NCBI GenBank assembly: GCA_963666215.2 | Contig: CAXWPL010000005.1 | Location: 896,001 to 960,000 of the forward strand | Source: Acidobacteriota bacterium | Lineage (GTDB): Bacteria; Acidobacteriota; UBA890; WLXD01 | Length of the DNA: 64,000 nucleotides | Direction of reading: 5' to 3' | Shown: positions 29,569-39,832 of the stretch, piece after piece | Layout of the letters: each line of letters begins with the position of its first letter | Position numbering within the stretch: the stretch's first letter is position 1 | Notes under the pieces: model-generated | The model's input: the letters and a program-made list of their open reading frames with translations, nothing else | The model's database searches: none | What the model was told of the DNA's origin: nothing | Position numbers and translations under genes: made by a program

Positions 29569-32500
29569 GCCGGGCTCCGTTCGCTCTCGAGCAGGTAGAT
29601 GTAGGCGTCCTCGAGCGTCGGCTCGACGTGTTGCGCCTCGACACCCTCCACCTGCGTGGCGCGGGCACTCAGGAAGCGGGCGCGAATACCGTCGGGCGTC
29701 CGCAGCTGGGTGACTACCTTGGCGTTCGTATCGCCCGAGAGCGCGTCGAGACGCTCCTCATCGACGATCGCCTCCCAAACCACTCCAGCCGCCCTCTCTC
29801 TCATTTCTTCGGGGCTGCCGATGTAAAGGATCTTGCCGCGATCGAGCACCGCCAGGCGATTGCAGCTGCCGGCGACGTCCTCGACGATGTGTGTCGAGAA
29901 GATGACGATGCGCTCCTTGCTCAGACTCGCCAACAGGTTGCGAAAGCGGATGCGCTCGACCGGGTCGAGCCCCGCCGTGGGCTCGTCGACGACGACGACC
30001 TGCGGCGTGTGCAGCAAGGTCTGCGCGATCCCGACGCGCTGCCGCATGCCGCCCGAGAACGAGCCGATCACGTCCTCCTGGCGATCTGCCAGATGCACCT
30101 GCTCCAGACACCACTGCACGCGCTCGCGCCGCTCCTCGTCGCCGCGAAAGCCCTCGAGCAGGGCGCGGTACTCGAGGTACTCACACGCGGTCATGTGGTC
30201 GTAGAGGCCGAAGCGTTGCGGCAGGTAGCCGATGACACCGTGAAGACTGCCAAAATCGGCGACCCGCTTGCCGTTGAGCAGCACCGAACCATGCGTGGGT
30301 TCGAGCACCTGACAGACGATGCGCATGAGCGTTGTCTTGCCGGCGCCGTTGGGTCCCAGGAGGCCGAACATACCGCGGCCGATCTCGAGGCTGACTCCGG
30401 CGAGAGCGGCGAACGGGGGCCGCCGTACACCGATGATGGGCACCCGGCCGGCCGCCGCGTAGCTGCGTCGGCGTAACCAGCGTAGCGGCCGCGGCCCACC
30501 CTCGATCTTGTCCGGATTGACCTTGCCGCTACGCACCCTGGCGGCGAGCCAGCGAACAGCCCCCACCGCCAGCCAGATAACAGCGGTGGCGATGGTGACG
30601 GAAGTCAGTCCAACACGCGAGTGGATGTAGGCGAACACGACACCTGCGACAACGACGCGCCCCAGAGCCCGCAGACGCACCGCACCGGGCGGCACCAGCG
30701 CCCCAACAGCACCCGCCATGTTGAGCACCAGGCCCCAGGTCAGCAGGCTGAGAAGATAGACCCAGACAGGATCCTCGAGATAGCTGTGCAGGAACACGAC
30801 GAGCCCCAGGAACAACGACTTGAACACCAACCCCTGGCGAATCTCAGCCGCCGCGACGGGTTCCAGCCCCGCAGCGCGGCGCAGCTCCATGCCGCGCTCG
30901 AAGCGCCCCCATTCGCGGCGGAAGCGGCCCGGCGCGCCATAAAGCTTGGTCAGAGTACGTAGCCTTATGGAGAGGATGGGCTCGTTACGCAGATCTGCAG
31001 CAACGCGCATCCCACGCACGCGCAGCGTCAGCCAGACGAGCGTGAGACAGGCGAACCACAGTGGCAGCACGAGCAGCGAGGTCCAGAACACGCTCTCGTA
31101 GCGGGCATCGAAAACGTAGACCAGCGCCGCGGTAGCGAGCGTCGCCGTGCCGATCCCCAGCCAGCCGATACCACGCAGCCACTCTTTGACCTGGTCGATT
31201 CCCAAGTAGGCCACGGGGATGAAGATCAGCGTCGAGACAGTCGAAACGGCCAGCCCGCCGAGGATCGTGATGGCGAACGGCGGCCACACCTCGTAGTCGA
31301 CGCCCCTTTCGAGCGCCAGCGGCAAAACACCCAGAAGCGTCGTGGCCGAGGTCATCAGCACCGGTCGCACCCGCGAGCGCCCAGCAGCGACCACAGCGCG
31401 CTCACGCCCGAAGCCGCGCGTGCGCAATCTCGAAATCGCATCAATGAGGATGATGCCGTTGTTGACCGCGATCCCGATGAGCACGACGAGGCCGAGCATC
31501 GCCATCGGCGCCGCCTGTGAGGTGAGCCCCGTTCCCGAGAGGAGGAGCGCGAGAATGGCCCCGATCGCCGCGGGTGGCAGCGTGGCGAAGACGACGATCG
31601 GCGAAGAGAACGACTCGAACAGCGCCGCCAGAATCATGTACACGAGGATCGCCGCAACCCCCATCATCCAGTAGTAGACCGTATCTACCACGGCCTCGAT
31701 GACCTCGATCGTGTAGCCAGTCGGCAGTGCCAAGCCCTGGATAACGGATCGCGTCAACTGCCGGGCGGAGTCGAGTCGCGGCTGCGAGCCGGTAACCTCC
31801 TCGAGGAACGCGTAGCTGACAATCACCCGCCGTGCCTGGTTCGTGCGCAAGATCGAGCGACGCCCCTCGTCGATGCGCAGACGCGCCAGCTCCCCCATCG
31901 CCGTCGCGCTGCCAGCGGAGTTCAACACCGGCAGCTGCGACAGATCGGCGAGACGCAGACCTCTGTTGGCGGAGCTACCGGGGCCGCCAACCTCGCCGCC
32001 ATCGAGATCAAACGGGCGCACCTCGATCACCGTCTCGGTGCCGTCCGCCTCGAGGAACGCAGTCGCAGTGGTGAACCCCTCCACATCGGATTCGCTCACC
32101 GCGTCGAGGAGCGTCTGGATCTCGACATCGCGATCGAACATGGCCATGGCGTCGGGCACGATTTGCACCTCGGGACCACTGCGCTCGACGTCGATCTGAA
32201 TCGAGTCGGGGTCGATATCCTCGACCTCCTCGAGACGAAATGCGAGATCCTCCGCGATCATCTGCATCGTCGCGAAGTCCTGGCCACGGATCACCGCGGT
32301 CTCGCCAGTGCTCCCGAGGTCAAGACTGAAGCCGCCCCCCCCACCGCCTGCGGGCCTGCCACCGCCGGCGGGCCCGGCAGCGCTGGCTGGTGGGTCGAAA
32401 CCAACAACCGCATCGGCCTCCGCGAACTGGTCGAATCCCTCGGCAAGACGATCCTGCATAGCGCTAACGCCGAGTCCGCCCGGACGCTCGTTGCGATCGA

Positions 32501-34304
32501 GCACGCTCACGGTGATGCTCCCCTGCCCCTCCTGAACGCTGCTGGTGAACCCCGCGACGCCCGCGAGATCGCCGACAGCCTCCTCAACCCGGCGCACCAC
32601 CGCGTCGGTGGCGTCGAGCGTGGCGCCCTCCGGCAGCTCGACGTAGACAGGGAACTGGCTCTCGGCCGGCACGCTCTGTTGCTGCAGCAGCAGGAAGAAG
32701 GCGGCTATGAGCGTCACCACCAGCGCCACGCCGATCGTCAGCGTCACCTGCACGCGATGCCGCAACGCGGTCTTGAGCAGCACCGTGTACATCTGCAGAA
32801 GCCGACCCGGGCGCCGTGGCGGCGGAGCGCCCCGCGACAGCGTACGCGAACCGAGCATGGGCACGAGCGTGAGCGCAACGAACAACGACGCCGCGAGTGG
32901 GAACCCGATCGGCATCGCCAGGTCGCTGAGGATGTCCTGGAAGTCGCTCTGAATGAACACCACCGGCAGGAAGACGGCTACGGTCGTGGCGGTTGACGCG
33001 ATCACGGCGCGGCGAACTTCGGCGGTACCATCGCGCGCCGCCTCCGCGGGTTTCTTGCCGCGCTCGTAGTGCTTGAAGATGCTCTCCAGGACAACGATTC
33101 CGTTGTCCGCCAGCATCCCCATCGCCAGCGCCAGCCCGCACAGCGACAGCACGTTCAGTGAAAGGTCGCCGGCGTACATCAGGTTGAACGTCACCAGCAG
33201 CGACACCGGAATGGCCACAACGAGCACCGACACGAAGCGCAGGCTGCGCAGAAAAACGAAGAGCACGACCAGGCTCAGCAGCAGGCCGATCACCGCCGCC
33301 TGCGTGAGCGTTCCCAGCGCCACTTCCATCAAGTCGGCCTGGTTGGCGCCGACGAGCAGTTGCGTGCCCGCGCCGGCGAGCTCGGAGTTGAGCCGCTCCA
33401 CCGCCGCCACCACGGCCTCCGAGACCTCGAGCAGATTCGCCTCGTCTTCCTTCATGATGCGGATGCTGACGGCCGACAGGCCGTTGACGCGACTCAGGTC
33501 GGTGCGCTGCTGCTCGCCATAGCGCACTTCGGCAATGTCGTCGAGACGCAGCGGGATCGTGCGATCGATCATCACCGCGCGCACCTGGCTCAACGTGGTG
33601 AACTGGCCCTGGATGCTCACCGGGTAGGCGCTGCTCCCGCGGTGCACTTCGCCCAGATAGGCCCGCGGTCGGTTGGCCGCGGTGATCGCCGTATTCACTC
33701 GGGTGGCCGTGAGCCCATAGGCCTCGAGCGCGTCTCGATTGAGGATCACCAACACGGCACGCCGCTGACCACCGAGTACCGTGGCGCTGACCACACCCTC
33801 AACCGCCTCGAGCTGCGGCCGAACATTCTGCTCGGTGAACTCGCGCAGCCAGTTGAGGTCGCCCTCGCCGAGCACCTGCAACTCCATGACCACGGCGGTC
33901 AAGATCGAAGTGTCGAAGCGCAGGACGCTGATCTGTGTCTGCTCCGGGAGCTGCGGCTGCAGGCGGTCCATACGGCTCTGCACCTGCAGCAGCGCGAACT
34001 TCATGTCGGTTGCGGGGGCGAACGAGACGCGCACCGTCGCGCGCCCCTGGCTAGCGTTCGACTCGAGCGCCACCACGCCCTGGAGCACACCGACCTCTCC
34101 CTCGGCAGGAATCAGCAGCTCACGCTCGGCCTGCTCCGGCGACAACGTGCGCTGGGTAAGCTGTACGAAGATCTCCGGGTAGACAACCTCGGGAAGCAGC
34201 TCAACCCGCAGCCGATCGAGCGACGCCAGCCCGAGCAAGCTCACGGCGAGAAAGAACATCGCCGTCGCGACGGGGCGGCGAATGGCGAGCGCCGAAATGC
34301 TCAT
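29565..34304 (-). CDS. AcrB/SwrC-type RND permease fused to a C-terminal ABC ATPase (~1579 aa)
   Basis: IRRPVAT, GMLADNGIVVLE, AVNNGIILID, RVRPVLMTS; then Walker A GPNGAGKT, Q-loop GYLPQ, signature FSGGMRQ, Walker B VVVVDEP and H-loop STH. Confidence 0.9.
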   Translation of the reverse strand: MSISALAIRRPVATAMFFLAVSLLGLASLDRLRVELLPEVVYPEIFVQLTQRTLSPEQAERELLIPAEGEVGVLQGVVALESNASQGRATVRVSFAPATDMKFALLQVQSRMDRLQPQLPEQTQISVLRFDTSILTAVVMELQVLGEGDLNWLREFTEQNVRPQLEAVEGVVSATVLGGQRRAVLVILNRDALEAYGLTATRVNTAITAANRPRAYLGEVHRGSSAYPVSIQGQFTTLSQVRAVMIDRTIPLRLDDIAEVRYGEQQRTDLSRVNGLSAVSIRIMKEDEANLLEVSEAVVAAVERLNSELAGAGTQLLVGANQADLMEVALGTLTQAAVIGLLLSLVVLFVFLRSLRFVSVLVVAIPVSLLVTFNLMYAGDLSLNVLSLCGLALAMGMLADNGIVVLESIFKHYERGKKPAEAARDGTAEVRRAVIASTATTVAVFLPVVFIQSDFQDILSDLAMPIGFPLAASLFVALTLVPMLGSRTLSRGAPPPRRPGRLLQMYTVLLKTALRHRVQVTLTIGVALVVTLIAAFFLLLQQQSVPAESQFPVYVELPEGATLDATDAVVRRVEEAVGDLAGVAGFTSSVQEGQGSITVSVLDRNERPGGLGVSAMQDRLAEGFDQFAEADAVVGFDPPASAAGPAGGGRPAGGGGGGFSLDLGSTGETAVIRGQDFATMQMIAEDLAFRLEEVEDIDPDSIQIDVERSGPEVQIVPDAMAMFDRDVEIQTLLDAVSESDVEGFTTATAFLEADGTETVIEVRPFDLDGGEVGGPGSSANRGLRLADLSQLPVLNSAGSATAMGELARLRIDEGRRSILRTNQARRVIVSYAFLEEVTGSQPRLDSARQLTRSVIQGLALPTGYTIEVIEAVVDTVYYWMMGVAAILVYMILAALFESFSSPIVVFATLPPAAIGAILALLLSGTGLTSQAAPMAMLGLVVLIGIAVNNGIILIDAISRLRTRGFGRERAVVAAGRSRVRPVLMTSATTLLGVLPLALERGVDYEVWPPFAITILGGLAVSTVSTLIFIPVAYLGIDQVKEWLRGIGWLGIGTATLATAALVYVFDARYESVFWTSLLVLPLWFACLTLVWLTLRVRGMRVAADLRNEPILSIRLRTLTKLYGAPGRFRREWGRFERGMELRRAAGLEPVAAAEIRQGLVFKSLFLGLVVFLHSYLEDPVWVYLLSLLTWGLVLNMAGAVGALVPPGAVRLRALGRVVVAGVVFAYIHSRVGLTSVTIATAVIWLAVGAVRWLAARVRSGKVNPDKIEGGPRPLRWLRRRSYAAAGRVPIIGVRRPPFAALAGVSLEIGRGMFGLLGPNGAGKTTLMRIVCQVLEPTHGSVLLNGKRVADFGSLHGVIGYLPQRFGLYDHMTACEYLEYRALLEGFRGDEERRERVQWCLEQVHLADRQEDVIGSFSGGMRQRVGIAQTLLHTPQVVVVDEPTAGLDPVERIRFRNLLASLSKERIVIFSTHIVEDVAGSCNRLAVLDRGKILYIGSPEEMRERAAGVVWEAIVDEERLDALSGDTNAKVVTQLRTPDGIRARFLSARATQVEGVEAQHVEPTLEDAYIYLLESERSPA

Positions 34305-35074
34305 TCCTTCGCGGCGCTGCCGGCGGCACGGGCGCGGGATCTTCCCGACCAAATCCCGTCGATCAGCTCGTACGCCACCGGAATGAGCACGAGCGTCATG
34401 ACGGTCGACGTCACCAGCCCGCCAATCACAGCGATGGCCATCGGGGCCCGCAAACGCGCCCCCTCGCCGACGCCAATGGCCATCGGCAGCAGCGCCAGCA
34501 CGGTGGTGGCGCTGGTCATCAGAATCGGCCGCAACCGATCCTGCGTGGCCTGAACGACCGCTTGGCGTAAGACCATCAGGTCTCGCTGCGGGCCGCGCAG
34601 CTGGTTGATTCGGTCGACGAGAATAATCGCGTCGTTCACCGCGATGCCGCCGAGCATGATGATGCCGATCAACGCCATCACGCTGAGCGGCTCGCCGAGG
34701 GCCGAGAAAGCAACGACCACGCCGATGCCTGCCAACGGCACCGTGAGCATGACCGTGAACGGGTGTACGAGCGACTCGAAGAGCGACGCCATCACCATGT
34801 AAACCAGTAGCATCGACAGCGCCAGGGCAAAGCCAAGGCTCTGAAACGATTCGGCGCGCTCGCGCTCCTCGCCGCCGAGCTGCACGCCGTACCCGGTCGG
34901 CAGCACGACGTCGGCGAGCGTCGCCTCGACCTGACGTGCCGCGCTGCCGAGCGTGGCCCCCTCCACGAGATATCCCGAGATCCGTCCCATGCGCCGTTGC
35001 CCATCGCGCAGAATCTCGCGCGGGCCCTCCACGATGCGCGGTTCGGCGATGTCGCCAAGGGTGAGCACAAGCAA
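34301..35074 (-). pseudogene. C-terminal ~255 aa of a second RND permease (5' part missing)
   Basis: LVYMVMASLFES, GIAVNDAIILVD, RLRPILMTS, PMAIAVIGGL; ATGA overlap with the RND-ABC gene. Confidence 0.85.
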
Positions 35075-38000
35075 CGGCTGTTCTACACCCTGCTAGCGGC
35101 GGTGCTGCTCGGGCTCTCCGTGGAGCGCTATCCGCGCTTGTCGCAGGGCGGCACGTGGCGCCAGGGGGGCCGGCTGGCGACCGTGGCCACGCTGCTCGCC
35201 GCGGTGGGTCTGTTCGTGACCATGCGGAATCAGGACGCGGCGGCTCTGCACACGCGTGCGGAGTTGCTCCGCGCCCACGTCACCCGCTCCGCGCTGCCGG
35301 CGCCCGCGGTCAGCCACTACGACCTCGATGTGCACCTGCTCGGCGACGATCGGCCGCTCGCGGTCACAGCGGATCTGCGGGTGCGAAACCCGAACACCGA
35401 ACCGATTGCCGAGCTGCTGTTCACCCTCAACCCAGGCCTGGAGCTGCGCGCGGTTCGCGACGCCAGTGGCGACGCGATGATCTGGGAGCGCGACGGATCT
35501 GTTGTAGAGATCGCTCTCGGGCAATCACTGGCGCCGGAGGGCGAGGTCTCGCTCACCCTCGAGTACGCGGGCGATATCGACCGCAATGGCTTCGACCTGT
35601 TGCGCACAGCGCCGCGAGTCGAGCGTGACGACGGTCCGATGCACATGCCCGAGCTCACGGCGTGGATCCGCGACAACACCGTCTACCTGCCGGCGCGCAG
35701 CGCCTGGTACCCCACTGCCGGCGTCGACTACGGGCACGAGGAGCCGCCGCTGCCGTCGTACGCCACAGCCGAGATCGCCGTGACCGCGCCCGCCACGCTG
35801 CAGATCATTACGCAGGGGGTACCGCAACGCGACGAATCGAGCGCCGACGACGCGTCGGAGGCCGCGTTGACGTCTGCCACGGCGACGACCACGTTCACGG
35901 TGGAGCGCGCGGTACCCGTCCTGTCGCTCAACGCGGGCACCTACCGCACTTGGGAGACGCGCATCGGCGATCTTGATCTGGCGCTCTACGTCCACCCGGA
36001 TCATGCCAGCAAGGTGCAGTTCTTCGAGGACGCCACCGCCGAGGTGATTGCGGCGGTGGAGCAGCTGCGCGGGGCCATGGAGCGCGAGACCGGAATGCGA
36101 TACCCGTACGGACGGCTGAATGTTGTCGAGGTGCCGTTCGTCGTGCAGTGGTACTACGAGGGCTGGCGCGAGGTGGGAGGGCTGACGCAGCCAGGAGTGC
36201 TGATGGTGGAGGAGGACGTCTTCACCGGGCAGCGCTTCGAACGCGACCTCCGCAGACGGCAGCAGGAATCACAAGACGAGGTGGACGTCGGCAAGACCAA
36301 GCGCGACCTGCTCGTTGCATCGATCTTCCAACTGTTCCTGAGCCCCGAGAGCGATCAGTACGGGTTATTCCGCAGTCCGCTTGTGCAGCTGTGGTCGTTC
36401 GATCGAGCCTTCGTCGGCCAGCGAGCCACGTTGCTCGAGCGAGGGATGCCTGTCTACCTACAGCAAGATGTCGGGAGCGAGGTGCGCTCGATGATGCTGC
36501 AGCGCGGCCGCGGCGGTTTCGCGGGACGCCTCCAAGCACGCGGCGGTCGCCCGCCGGCCGCGGGCGGACCGGGCGTGCGGATCACCGTCGGCGACGAGCC
36601 CCCGCCTGACTCGCCCACGGCCGGCGGCAGAAGCGACTGGGACGCCACGCTCGAGGCAATGCAGCGGCAGTCGTTCTCCGAGATGAATCCCGACGAGGAT
36701 CCAGAGCTCTACCGCTCGGTGCTCGACGTCAAGAGCATCTCGATCTTCCGCATGATGAAGGCGGTTGTGGGAGCCGACGCCTTCGTTGAGGCCCTCGAGG
36801 GATTCGCCGACGAATCGCGCTACGGGAACGTAGATTTCGCTTCGTTCGAGAAAGCGATTGTGTCCGCGGAAGCGTCCGAGGATGGCGTCGCCGCGACGGG
36901 CAGCCTCGTCGGCACCCAAACCAGGCCGCCTGACCGGATGCGCCCCGGCGCAGCCGCTGGTGAGCCTCCCCCTGAGGGGTTCCGCCGTGGCGCCTTCCGG
37001 GAGCGCATGGCCGCTGGCGCTGAGCCGGTCGACGGCGAAACCCGTTCACCGGCCGCCGGCGGTGCGCGACCGCCGGGTGCGGGTCGTGAGCAACCGCCAG
37101 GCGCTACGGGCGAGCGGCCGGCCGGCGCAACGGGCGAACGGCCACCCGGACGCGGGCGTCCAGGCGTTGGGCAAAGGCCAGCAGCAGGCCCGGAGGGCGC
37201 CAACCCGGCTGGCGAGCGACCGGCGGCTCGCCGTTTTCCCGGCGCCGACACTGGCGGCGACCTTCCCGAGGATCCGGAAGAGCGCCGCGCGATAATGCGC
37301 GAGCGCTTCGCGGCCATGCGTGCCGAGCGCGCCGCGGGCGCCGCGGGCGAAATCCCGTTTGCCGGCCGCTTCCCCGGCGGCACGCCGCTGCGCGAGCCAG
37401 AACCGCAGCGCCAACCGCAGCCCGAGCCGAACCCACACGATTCAGACCTCGAGCGCCTCGTCGCCGCCTGGCTCGACGGCACCTCGGTACCAGGCTACGA
37501 GCTCACGCGAGCCACAGCCCGCAAGGTCGAGGGCTCCGGCAACGCCGTCACTCACCAGGTGGTTGTGCGTGTGCGCAACGGCGAGCCCGGCCTGGGGTTC
37601 GTGGAGGTCAAGGTGTCGGCGTTCGGCGACGAGGTGACCAAGGGTGTCCAGATTGAGGGGGGCACGGAGGTGGAGGTGGCGCTGGTGATCGCGGCGCGCC
37701 CGACACGCGTGAGCGTGGAGCCGTTTTTCGCGAAGAACAGGCGGCCGCTGGTTGCCCCGCTGCGCGTATCCGACGAGGTCGAGGCAGGGCCTCCCGAGTC
37801 GTACGTGCACCTCGTCACCGAGGACGACGCACCGTTCGTCGAGCTCATCGTCGACAACGAGGACGAGGGCTTTTCCATGCCCGCGCGACACGTGCAACGC
37901 TACTTTCGACCCGGGCTGGCCGGCGACAACTGGTATGTCAGGTCGGCGACGTTCGCCTTTGGACGCTACGAAACCAACTACCGGTACAAGAACCCGGGCG

Positions 38001-38413
38001 ACGGTGCCCTACCCGCTGTTTGGCAGACGACGGTTCCACGCACCGGCGAGTACGACGTTGCCTTCTACTTCCTGCCGCCGTCCATTGGCTCCCGTAGAAC
38101 GGGCGTCAGCGGCCTGGCGTCCGAGTTCGACCTTACACTCGTGGGCAACGATGAAGCGGTGAGCGTGAAGCTCGACACGTCGTTGCTGCGCGGCGGATGG
38201 AACCTCATCGGACGGTTCACCTACGAGGAGGGCGACCAGGTGAGCGTCGAGCTCTCCGACCGCGCTGATGGTCGTTTGTACGCCGACGCCATCCGATGGC
38301 GCTACATCGACCCGGAGCAGCCGGCGCGCGCCTATGAGGAAGAGATCGCACCGTGGGAGTTTCGGGCGCGTCCGGGTGGGCCCGGTGGAGCTCCGAGAAG
38401 GTCCGGGCAGTAG
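35070..38413 (+). CDS. 5'-truncated membrane-anchored M1-aminopeptidase-like protein (no HExxH) with a low-complexity insert and a C-terminal golvesin/xanthan-lyase-type beta-sandwich
   Basis: QRLFY..LL TM segment, FTLNPGL, SLNAG.Y, YPYGRLNVVEVP; C-terminal IVDNEDEGF...YDVAFY...GWNLIGRF...YADAIRW. Confidence 0.65.
37055..37235 (+). repeat. Degenerate coding repeat of GERP(P/A)GA(T)-like units
   Basis: GARPPGAG-REQPPGAT-GERPAGAT-GERPPG...GQRPAAG...GERPAA; ~24-nt period near 37100-37150. Confidence 0.6.
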
Positions 38414-38639
38414 CCGCCTGCAAAACTTGTGGGATCCTGCTGGCGTCCCGACCTCGGCCGCCACGATCGTGCCTCCAACCCTCAGCCTCCAGGCTGCGCC
38501 ACATGCCCTCACCGCCGCCGAGCTTCGGAGCCCAGCGACTGCGGGTCTTCGGCCTCCTGTTGGCGGTCGCTGCACGATCAACATCGCCACCGCCACCCAG
38601 TCGCTGGCCGCCGACGCACACCCGGAAGCGCTGATCGGT

Positions 38640-38942
38640 CTACGTAACGTCCACGTCTTCGGCGCTCGGCAGGTCGACCGTTCGCCCGGTGGCACCGGCA
38701 CGACTGCGCACGTCGCCATACGCTCGGCGCGCGGCGAGCTTCCCGTCGGCGAGCGGCTCCTCGTCGAGAGCGCGATCACCGGCGGCCGCTTTGTCGGCCG
38801 CAACGTCGGCGAGACCCAGCTCGGCGGTCACCCCGCCGTTGTGACCGAGGTCACGGGATCAGCCCACATCACCGGCTTCCATCAGTTCGTCGTCGACCCC
38901 GATGACCGCCTCGCCGAAGGCTTCCTGATTGAAGACGCCTGA
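38640..38942 (+). pseudogene. C-terminal fragment of a proline racemase-family gene
   Basis: RNVHVFG.RQVDRSPGGTGT, ESAITGGRF, EVTGSAHITG...FVVDPDD.L.EGF; N-terminus absent. Confidence 0.8.
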
Positions 38943-38945
38943 ACG

Positions 38946-38984
38946 AAAAACACCCGGCCCGGGAAGACCCGGGACCGGGTGTTT
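38946..38984 (-). terminator. Intrinsic (possibly bidirectional) terminator
   Basis: AAACACCCGG-CCCGGG-AAGA-CCCGGG-A-CCGGGTGTTT hairpin with a T-tract on the minus strand, between convergent genes. Confidence 0.8.
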
Positions 38985-39014
38985 CGAAGTTGTGCTGTCA
39001 GGGTCGTGCGGACG

Positions 39015-39719
39015 CTACATCGCCGGCTTGCGGAACTTCAGCACCATACGGTCGGTGTTCGTACGGCCCGACATGCCTTCCCACTTGCCGAAATCATCGT
39101 CCGGGTTGGCAAGCATCTCGGACTTCTCGACGAGCTCGAAGCCAGCGGCCGTCACGTGGTCGATGATCACCTGCTCGTTGATGCGGTGGGTGCCTTCGTC
39201 GTAGCCGTCTTTGTTCGTGCGGGCGTCGACCACGCCGAGAACGCCGCCGGCCTTGAGCATGGCGAAGAACTGCCCGTAGGCGGCAGTCGCGTTGCCGCCA
39301 CCCTCCAGGTCGTGGAAGTTACGCACCGAGATTGCAACGTCGGCAGTACCGCCTTCAACGCCGCCGAAGTCGGCGATCACCGTGACGTTCGAGAGCCCGT
39401 CTGCCTCGACCCGCGGCGCCAGGTTGCCGCGACGATCGGGGCCGGCGTAGATAGCTCCGTGATCACCCACGAGCTTCGAGAGGATGAACGTGTTGTAACC
39501 ACCGCCCGGCATCAGGTCGACGACGGTCATCCCTGACTCCACGCCGAAGAAGGAATAGACCTCGAGCGGCTTGCTGCCGCTGTCGCGCTCGCGCTCTTCG
39601 TCCGGACGGGCCGCGTTGTCGAGAATGCTCTGCGCCAGCAGGGTGGCGGGAAGAACCAGCGCTACAACGCCCAGCAGGGTGAGAAAAGATCGTGACTTCG
39701 GGAAGTGCATGTGCCGCAT
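39015..39719 (-). CDS. Secreted predicted SAM-dependent methyltransferase (COG4798-like)
   Basis: RD..KP.EV..FFGV..GMTVVDLMPGGGY, RNFHD, LKAGG, LANPDD, TDRMVLKFRKP. Confidence 0.85.
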   Translation of the reverse strand: MRHMHFPKSRSFLTLLGVVALVLPATLLAQSILDNAARPDEERERDSGSKPLEVYSFFGVESGMTVVDLMPGGGYNTFILSKLVGDHGAIYAGPDRRGNLAPRVEADGLSNVTVIADFGGVEGGTADVAISVRNFHDLEGGGNATAAYGQFFAMLKAGGVLGVVDARTNKDGYDEGTHRINEQVIIDHVTAAGFELVEKSEMLANPDDDFGKWEGMSGRTNTDRMVLKFRKPAM

Positions 39720-39832
39720 CTCCGTGAGGGTATTGAGGTTTGGGAAGAATCAGAAGATACCGCAGCGTCTTCGGAAAGGTGCGTCCGTCCCGAGGATTGA
39801 TCTGTGAGTGACGATCTGGTTGTCTGCGCCGC

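Noticed and set aside
31440-33120. Apparent loss of AcrB proton-relay residues (DN instead of DD, N instead of K) in the RND-ABC fusion
   Set aside because: DN and VNN patterns are common in SwrC-like RND proteins without an ATPase, so they do not show loss of proton coupling
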